This document shows, piece by piece, positions 57,760-64,000 of a stretch of 64,000 nucleotides of DNA. The notes beneath the pieces are model-generated. The model saw nothing but the letters and a program-made list of their open reading frames with translations, was not told the DNA's origin and did no database searches. Every line of letters starts with the position of its first letter. Positions within the stretch are counted from its first letter, which is position 1. Origin of the DNA: Deltaproteobacteria bacterium. Its GTDB lineage: Bacteria > Desulfobacterota > Syntrophia > Syntrophales > JACQWR01. The stretch lies in assembly GCA_026388415.1 (NCBI GenBank), contig JAPLJV010000004.1, forward strand, positions 530 through 64,529, given 5' to 3'. The translations under genes were made by a program, and so were the position numbers.

Positions 57760-59043
57760 CTAATCATAACGCAGAGTCTCGGCCGGATCCAGACGTGAGG
57801 CACGCCAGGAAGGATATATAGTCGCCAGCAGGCTAATGAAGAGAGTGCCCAGAATAATTGTCGCCACATCCCTGTAATTAACCAAAGAGGGCAGAGCGCT
57901 CAAATAATAGACGTCAGCCGGAAGAATCTTGAAACCAAATATTCTTTCTACGAAAAGCGACAGCTTCTCCAGGTTATAGGCAACGGCCAGGCCGCCGATG
58001 GCGCCGAGGAAGGTGCCGATGACGCCGATAATCAACCCCTGATAAATAAATATCTTCATAATGCTGCGCGAAGTGGCGCCCATCGCCTTCAAGATGGCAA
58101 TATCACGGTTTTTCTCCATAACCACCATGATCAGCGTAGTAATAATATTGAACATCGCGACCAGCACAATCAGGCTGAGAATGATAAACATGACGCGCTT
58201 TTCCATTCTCAGCGCGGCAAAGAGATTTTTGTTCATTTCCATCCAATGCCGGGCCCAGTATGGATAGCCGAGCTTCTTTTCCAATTGCCGGGCGATGCTC
58301 CCGGCCTGATAGATATCGTTGACTTTAACCTCCAACCCCGTAACCAGCTCACCCATATTCAGGAATTCCTGGGCATCGCCAAGAGCCAGAAAGGCAATAG
58401 TGGAATCATATTCGTAAAAGCCGGAGTCAAAAACGCCGACCACGATGAATTTCTTCAGACGCGGCATCATCCCCATGGGCGAGGAAATACCCTGGGGGGA
58501 CATAATGAAAACGGTGTCGAAAAGAAATATCCCCAGATTTTTCGCCAGTTCCTTCCCCAGAACTACACCCGGCATCTTGACGCCTTCCGGGGTAAGTCGG
58601 AGCTGGAGACGGTTTTTTCCTTCCAGGTAGGCGATCTTACCTTCCTGCATCTTGCCCAGATTGATGACCCGGGAAGCTGTTTCGGTATCCATCCCCCTCA
58701 AGATGACACCACTGACGCTTTCACCCTTTTTCAACATGGCCTGCGAGTAAATAAAAGGCGTAACAGCGACTACTTCTTTTTCACGGGCGACTTGTTGCAG
58801 CACCTTATCATAGTCGCGCAGAACCCCGCCGTATTGCATCAGGACGACATGGGCGTTAATGCCGAGGATCTTGGTTCGGAGGTCCGTCTCAAAGCCATTC
58901 ATAACGGCCAGAACAATAATCAGGGCCGCCACGCCCAGAAAAATCCCGGCAATCGAAAACATGGTAATTACGGACACAAAGACCTGCTTGCGCCTGGCCC
59001 GGAGATAGCGCAGACTGATGAATAATTCGTAGGACATAGTCAC
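57760..59043 (-). CDS. lolC: lipoprotein-releasing system permease (LolC/E family)
   Basis: SYELFISLRYLRARRKQ N-terminus; FtsX-like four-TM architecture with a large periplasmic loop. 427 aa. Confidence 0.85.
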   Translation of the reverse strand: MTMSYELFISLRYLRARRKQVFVSVITMFSIAGIFLGVAALIIVLAVMNGFETDLRTKILGINAHVVLMQYGGVLRDYDKVLQQVAREKEVVAVTPFIYSQAMLKKGESVSGVILRGMDTETASRVINLGKMQEGKIAYLEGKNRLQLRLTPEGVKMPGVVLGKELAKNLGIFLFDTVFIMSPQGISSPMGMMPRLKKFIVVGVFDSGFYEYDSTIAFLALGDAQEFLNMGELVTGLEVKVNDIYQAGSIARQLEKKLGYPYWARHWMEMNKNLFAALRMEKRVMFIILSLIVLVAMFNIITTLIMVVMEKNRDIAILKAMGATSRSIMKIFIYQGLIIGVIGTFLGAIGGLAVAYNLEKLSLFVERIFGFKILPADVYYLSALPSLVNYRDVATIILGTLFISLLATIYPSWRASRLDPAETLRYD

Positions 59044-60539
59044 TCTTTTTTTCTCATGTGCGGGAAAAGGATAACGTCCCTGATCGAGGCTGAATCCGTG
59101 AATAACATGACCAGACGGTCAATGCCGATCCCCTCACCCGCCGTGGGCGGCATGGCATATTCGAGGGTGCTGATATAATCCTCATCCATCTCATGGGCTT
59201 CATCATCGCCGGCCGCGCGGTCTTGCAACTGCATTACGAATCGTTCCCGCTGATCAACCGGATCATTTAATTCTGAAAAGGCATTGGCAATCTCCCGGCC
59301 GCAGATATAAAGCTCAAAGCGATCGGTGAACCGGGGATCGGCAGTATTTTTTCTGGAGAGGGGCGAAACCTCCAGAGGGTAATGGGTCACAAATGTGGGT
59401 TGGATGAGCTTATCCTCCACCAGCCCCTCAAAAATGGTCATGATGATCTTTCCCAGGGGATCTCCGTCCTCTACCTCAAGTCGCATACTACGGGAATAAT
59501 CACGGGCCTTTTGCTCATCTTCGAGGATAGCGGGATCAAGCAGGGTATAGCGGACGATAGCCTCCTTAACTGATATGCGTTCCCAGGGCGGCTGCATGTC
59601 TATATCCTGCCCCTGATAAGTAAACCGGAGAGCACCGAAGATCTCCCGGCCCAGGAAGGTAAACATCTCCTCCGTAAAGGTCATCAGATCCTCATAAGTG
59701 GCATAGGCACAGTAAAATTCCATCATCGTGAATTCGGGATTGTTAAAAGCAGAGGTGCCTTCATTGCGAAAGTTACGGTTTATTTCAAAAACCCGCTCCA
59801 TGCCGCCCGTAATCAGCCGTTTTAAATATAATTCCGGGGCAATGCGCAGGTAGAGGTCCATCCCCAGGGCATTATGATGGGTTTTAAAGGGCCTGGCTAC
59901 AGCGCCACCGGCCTGGGGCTGCATCATGGGAGTCTCCACCTCCAGATACTCGTGGTCCTCCATGAACTTGCGCATCAGTTGGATGATGCGGCTGCGCCGG
60001 TAGAACAGCTCTGTTACCTTCGGGTTTGTTATCAGATCCAGATGACGTTGACGGTATCTCGTTTCTACGTCCGTCAGGCCATGCCATTTCTCGGGCAGGG
60101 GACGCACCGCCTTGGCTAAGAGCTTGAATTCGTCCACGTCAATGGTCAGCTCGCCCGTCCTGGTTTTGAATACTTTACCGGCTAAATAAATAATATCGCC
60201 CACATCCAGACGTTTAAAGATCAGGAAAGACTTCTCGCCGATTTTATCCTTCCGGAGAAAGGCCTGGATTTTGCCTTTCCGGTCCTGGATAATGACAAAG
60301 GCGCCTTTGCCGAAGTCACGGATCGCCATCAGACGGCCGGCTAAGGTAAACCGCTCAGCTATCTGCGCCAAGGCGTCCGTTTCGAGGGGGGAAAAGCGGT
60401 CGAGGAGGTCAGCTGAGTTATCATGGACGCGCACATCGTTGGGATATAGGTCCACCCCCTCGGTCTGAAGGGAAAGGATTTTTTCTTTGCGTTTCCGCAG
60501 CAACTCATTATCTTCCATACACATTTCCTTTATGGCCAT
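59040..60539 (-). CDS. lysS: lysine-tRNA ligase (class II)
   Basis: OB-fold N-terminus; class II motifs (FRNEG, MMEFY, GIGIDRLVM). 499 aa. An alternative start is at 60518. Confidence 0.95.
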   Translation of the reverse strand: MAIKEMCMEDNELLRKRKEKILSLQTEGVDLYPNDVRVHDNSADLLDRFSPLETDALAQIAERFTLAGRLMAIRDFGKGAFVIIQDRKGKIQAFLRKDKIGEKSFLIFKRLDVGDIIYLAGKVFKTRTGELTIDVDEFKLLAKAVRPLPEKWHGLTDVETRYRQRHLDLITNPKVTELFYRRSRIIQLMRKFMEDHEYLEVETPMMQPQAGGAVARPFKTHHNALGMDLYLRIAPELYLKRLITGGMERVFEINRNFRNEGTSAFNNPEFTMMEFYCAYATYEDLMTFTEEMFTFLGREIFGALRFTYQGQDIDMQPPWERISVKEAIVRYTLLDPAILEDEQKARDYSRSMRLEVEDGDPLGKIIMTIFEGLVEDKLIQPTFVTHYPLEVSPLSRKNTADPRFTDRFELYICGREIANAFSELNDPVDQRERFVMQLQDRAAGDDEAHEMDEDYISTLEYAMPPTAGEGIGIDRLVMLFTDSASIRDVILFPHMRKKE

Positions 60540-60709
60540 AAGGTGCGAATAGCTATATTTATTTTCTTTTTAAGTCAAGGAAAGATTGTTGCCGACAGCA
60601 GAGGTACACGTAAGCTCTGGAATGGATTGCCTGATGTTTACTGGAAAAGAGAAATCTCGCTGATTTTAATTCTCAAAATCTCATAATTTTAATCATTGCG
60701 GATTAGACT

Positions 60710-60901
60710 TTATGCGGTGCTTTTGACATTGTCCTCCACCAAACCCGATTCAGTTATCTCTGCATCCGCGTTCGGGGCGCTCGTTCCCATATTAGCCTTC
60801 TGCTGCTTGGCCGCCATGCGTTTTGACGCCTTGTCTAATTGTTTCTGCTGTCTTGCCTTTTCTTTCGTCTGTTTGCCAAAGTTGTACATGGATCTTCCCA
60901 T
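60710..60901 (-). CDS. small Lys/Gln-rich hypothetical protein (63 aa)
   Basis: ORF with GGAGCTGAAA directly upstream of the ATG; basic low-complexity sequence. I recognise no family, so coding status is uncertain. Confidence 0.35.
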   Translation of the reverse strand: MGRSMYNFGKQTKEKARQQKQLDKASKRMAAKQQKANMGTSAPNADAEITESGLVEDNVKSTA

Positions 60902-61140
60902 TTTCAGCTCCTGTTTTAGTCATCTTTACGCTCACGACTGGTGGAAGTCGCCGTCAGTATTTGGTCAGCTTGTACTTTACTCTTTGTTCATAGTCAAGGC
61001 ATACTTCCCGAATCGCCGCTCTTGTCAAGTAAGGCACGTTATGATAACGGGAACATCAATGAGTTATAGTCAAAACTTACCCCGATAAACGGGATAAGTG
61101 CGTTAACGAAATCATATCCTGCAAAAATACGCAGAATATG

Positions 61141-61200
61141 ATTTCTAACTTACTAATCACAAAGGACTAATAATAATTTCTAACTTTCTAATAACAAAGG
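61141..61200 (+). repeat. two imperfect 25-nt direct repeats in a divergent intergenic region
   Basis: ATTTCTAACTTACTAATCACAAAGG (61141-61165) and ATTTCTAACTTTCTAATAACAAAGG (61176-61200), 23/25 identical, 35 nt start to start, about 115 nt upstream of the NUDIX gene. Confidence 0.5.
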
Positions 61201-61313
61201 CGTCTGCTAAAAGCGGAAGGCATTTCGCACTTGATTCGTAACGTTAAAGCACTGGATGAATGTATATTTGATTTACGCCTAATTTTTAAAGATATTCCGT
61301 TACCGGCAGTCAT

Positions 61314-62159
61314 ATGGATGAACTAATACCGACCAATAAAGAACTTTTTCTGGAAATGGTTGTTGATAAATTGGGCAGCAATCAGCTCAACTTTGCGGAA
61401 AAACAAGGCCTGATCAGGAAGTCCGCCCCCTCCCCTGCTCCCTTCCAGGCGGCCGGAGTTCTGCTCCCCCTTTTCTACAGCGCAGGAGAGTTTTTTTTCC
61501 GGCTCAGTAAACGTTCCCACGGGATTCCCCAGGCGGGCGATCTCAGCTGCCCGGGCGGCCTTCTGCATGACCGCTGGGACATGATTATCAGGGGGTTGGT
61601 CACCAGCGGGGTCATTCCGGTGCTGCGAAACAAAGCCGGCCAGTTATCCCGGCAGAGGGACGCGGAAACTTTTCAGACCCTGTCCCTGTTTCTCGCCAAC
61701 GCCCTGCGCGAAGCCTGGGAAGAAATTCGCCTTAATCCTTTTTCGGTTCATTTTCTGGGGCCCCTGCCGGCCTATTCCCTGCAACTCTTTCAACGGATAA
61801 TTTTCCCGATGGTCGGCCTGGTGCCAAATATTTCCCGCTTCCGTCCCAATTTTGAGGTGGAATCCCTTGTTGATATCCCCGTGGCTGCTTTTTCTGATCA
61901 GGAAAATTATGCCACCTTGATCCGTGAGGTTGATAGCGGGCTCGGCCGAAGAGAGACAGAACCGCTATTAATGCCCTGTTTGATTTATCACGATCAGACC
62001 GGGGCGGATCATGTCCTCTGGGGCGCGACTTTTTTTGTCATCATAAGTTTTCTGGAAATTGTTTTTAACTTCGAGCTCCCGGAGTGGCGAAACAAACGGT
62101 TAGTCAAAAAAACAATTGACGCCCGTTACTTATCTGGTAAAGGTAACCTGAGACCGTGA
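61314..62159 (+). CDS. NUDIX hydrolase (CoA pyrophosphatase-like)
   Basis: CPGGLLH...ANALREAWEEIRL approximates a Nudix box (GGx5Ex7REUxEExGU) with the PGG context seen in CoA pyrophosphatases. 281 aa. Confidence 0.65.
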   Translation: MDELIPTNKELFLEMVVDKLGSNQLNFAEKQGLIRKSAPSPAPFQAAGVLLPLFYSAGEFFFRLSKRSHGIPQAGDLSCPGGLLHDRWDMIIRGLVTSGVIPVLRNKAGQLSRQRDAETFQTLSLFLANALREAWEEIRLNPFSVHFLGPLPAYSLQLFQRIIFPMVGLVPNISRFRPNFEVESLVDIPVAAFSDQENYATLIREVDSGLGRRETEPLLMPCLIYHDQTGADHVLWGATFFVIISFLEIVFNFELPEWRNKRLVKKTIDARYLSGKGNLRP

Positions 62160-62219
62160 AAAAAACGCAGACGGCGGCTATAAGCTGCGAATCGCCTTTA
62201 AGCAATAGGCAAAGGGAAT

Positions 62220-63626
62220 ATGGATCTTTTTGACCAGCCAGATAATTTCGCCTCCTCCCGACCTCTCGCCGACCGGATGAGACCGCGCACCCTGCAGGAG
62301 TTTATCGGACAATCACACCTCCTGGACGAAGGATGCCTGCTGCGCGGTCTCATCGCCGAAGACCGCATTATTTCCATGATTTTCTGGGGACCGCCCGGAT
62401 CCGGCAAGACGACGCTGGCGAGACTAATCGCCAGGGAGTCGCAGGCGCATTTCATGAGCTTTTCGGCAGTGCTTTCCGGCGTCAAGGAAATCCGCGGCGT
62501 TGTAGAAGAGGCTCAAAGCCAATTACGCTATCACCAAAGGCATACCATTCTTTTTGTTGATGAAATTCACCGCTTTAACAAAGCTCAACAGGACGCCTTT
62601 TTGCAGCATGTGGAAAGCGGCCTGATTACCCTGATCGGCGCGACGACGGAAAACCCTTCCTTTGAGGTCATTGCCCCTCTTTTGTCACGGGCGCGCGTCC
62701 TGCTGCTGAAGCCTTTTTCGGCTGAGGAGCTGGCGATTATTATTACCAGAGCAATAACTGACCAGGACCGGGGCCTCGGAATGCTGGATATAAAGATAGA
62801 AGAAGCGGCCCTGCAGCATATCGTCTGGTCCGCAGATGGTGACGCCCGCACAGCGCTGAACAGTCTGGAGGCCGCTGCCTCGATCGCCTCATCTCATGTT
62901 AACGGCCATCTTAAAGAAAATAATACCATTACGCTGTCCATTGTGGAAGAGGCCATCCAAAAAAAGGCCCTGCAATATGACAAGGCCGGTGAAGAACATT
63001 ACAATCTGATCTCCGCTCTACATAAAAGCCTGCGCGGCAGCGATCCCGATGCCGCTCTCTACTGGATGACCCGTATGCTCGCAGCCGGTGAGCCGCCTCT
63101 ATATGTCGCCCGCCGGATGGTAAGATTTGCCTCGGAAGATATCGGCAATGCCGATCCGCATGCCCTCCTCGTTGCCATGGCCGCTGTCCAGGCCTTTCAA
63201 TTGCTCGGACCACCGGAGGGAGAGCTGGCCCTCGCCCAGGCGGCGGTTTACCTGGCTACGGCGCCAAAAAGCAACGCCCTTTACACAGCCTATGGCCGCA
63301 TAAAGGAGACCATCCGTAAGACCGGTTACCTGCCGGTGCCGCTCCACATCAGGAATGCCCCCACGAAATTGATGCGCGAGCTGGATTACGGCCGCGGATA
63401 CCAATACGCCCATAACTTCGACAATGCCTACGTCCCGCAAGAATATATGCCGGAAGGCATAAATGGCCAGCAATATTATATTCCATCCGACCGTGGCTAT
63501 GAGAAAACAATTAAGGAAAGAATGCTCTACTGGGAAAAAATGCGCCACGCTAAAAAAGAAGGCCTGAAAAAGGAGGAGCCGGAAGGCCACAATGGCCCTC
63601 CGGCTCAGGGAGGAGTGAAGGACTGA
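62220..63626 (+). CDS. rarA: replication-associated recombination protein A (AAA+ ATPase)
   Basis: Walker A FWGPPGSGKTTLA and Walker B LFVDEIHRFNK. C-terminal MgsA domain (HYNLISALHKSLRGSDPDAALYW, YQYAHNF). Confidence 0.9.
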   Translation: MDLFDQPDNFASSRPLADRMRPRTLQEFIGQSHLLDEGCLLRGLIAEDRIISMIFWGPPGSGKTTLARLIARESQAHFMSFSAVLSGVKEIRGVVEEAQSQLRYHQRHTILFVDEIHRFNKAQQDAFLQHVESGLITLIGATTENPSFEVIAPLLSRARVLLLKPFSAEELAIIITRAITDQDRGLGMLDIKIEEAALQHIVWSADGDARTALNSLEAAASIASSHVNGHLKENNTITLSIVEEAIQKKALQYDKAGEEHYNLISALHKSLRGSDPDAALYWMTRMLAAGEPPLYVARRMVRFASEDIGNADPHALLVAMAAVQAFQLLGPPEGELALAQAAVYLATAPKSNALYTAYGRIKETIRKTGYLPVPLHIRNAPTKLMRELDYGRGYQYAHNFDNAYVPQEYMPEGINGQQYYIPSDRGYEKTIKERMLYWEKMRHAKKEGLKKEEPEGHNGPPAQGGVKD

Positions 63627-64000
63627 ACCTTCTGATCTCGGTATTCAACTATCGGCTAAGCATGCCCGTTCTACTTATCCGATAATTTCGTTTGATATGT
63701 TTACACAAAGTATGCCAAAGGAGACGCAGGGACGTGAATTTACTATTTGGGAACCACTAAAGTCTTCCCTATACGAACTCGTGCTTGCTCATGGACGCGG
63801 AAATGCTTTTATTACCGGTATGTTATTGATTTTAGCAGTTGCCGACACGATAAAATAAAATTTAGATGCTATTGTCATTCATTCCGTCAATGAAGACCAT
63901 GAGGCTGCGTTCGCGATCTTGATTGTAGTCCCGTAAGGCAAAAATTGTCGCCCCGGGGACGGTTCAATTTGGATACAATCGGCATATCCGATACTTATGA

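Noticed and set aside
58246-59025. 259-aa plus-strand ORF
   Set aside because: Antisense to the LolC/E permease gene. No motifs.
60696-61088. 130-aa plus-strand ORF
   Set aside because: A Cys/Leu/Phe-rich product that runs antisense over the better-supported 63-aa minus-strand ORF, with no SD.
63712-63858. 48-codon plus-strand ORF after rarA
   Set aside because: Short, with no SD and no recognisable motif.
63879-63998. Open minus-strand frame entering from the right edge (…YADCIQIEPSPGRQFLPYGTTIKIANAASWSSLTE*)
   Set aside because: Only about 40 codons are visible and I recognise no family, so there is not enough to call a gene.
1-64000. Scan by eye for rRNA, tRNA, CRISPR arrays, transposases and integrases
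   Set aside because: I recognised none. A tRNAscan/Infernal run would be needed to exclude small RNAs formally.

Overview
This 64-kb window looks like chromosome from an anaerobic Gram-negative bacterium; the gene content suggests a Desulfobacterota-like organism, but I cannot confirm taxonomy from sequence alone. Almost every gene from 8.0 to 60.9 kb is on the minus strand. Contents, left to right: (i) a partial Cam-type gamma carbonic anhydrase and coaE. (ii) A visibly AT-richer accessory island of about 7 kb (about 0.9-8.0 kb). It holds an RHH/PIN toxin-antitoxin pair, a TPR / HExxH / TPR gene triplet, and a Dcm-type restriction-modification locus with an HNH nuclease plus a 5'-truncated MvaI/BcnI-like remnant. 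(iii) A large Wood-Ljungdahl cluster (8-24.4 kb): RACo, cooC, folD, acsD, acsA, acsB, acsC, acsE, metF, metV and a trailing PAS histidine kinase. Three features of this cluster are unusual. metF and metV are separated by a cytochrome b / FeS / tetraheme cytochrome c module. Four copies of a palindromic terminator-like repeat sit at cistron junctions. acsA carries an in-frame insertion that contains a G/C-run palindrome. (iv) Housekeeping genes: coaX, birA, nadC, valS, miaA, mutL. (v) A 10-kb unit bounded by a promoter and a terminator (33.7-43.8 kb). It encodes secreted proteins and lipoproteins with FlgT-, CsgG/FlgO-, DUF799- and LPP20/FlgP-like modules fused to TPR, Fn3 and beta-helix arrays, and no flagellar genes are in view. 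(vi) An envelope-biogenesis block: nlpD, pcm, waaC, gmhB, waaF, lpxK, msbA, lpxB, lpxA, lpxD, skp, bamA, lolD, lolC/E. (vii) lysS, a NUDIX hydrolase and rarA. I saw no rRNA, tRNA or CRISPR array. All family assignments come from motif recognition by eye and need HMM or BLAST confirmation.
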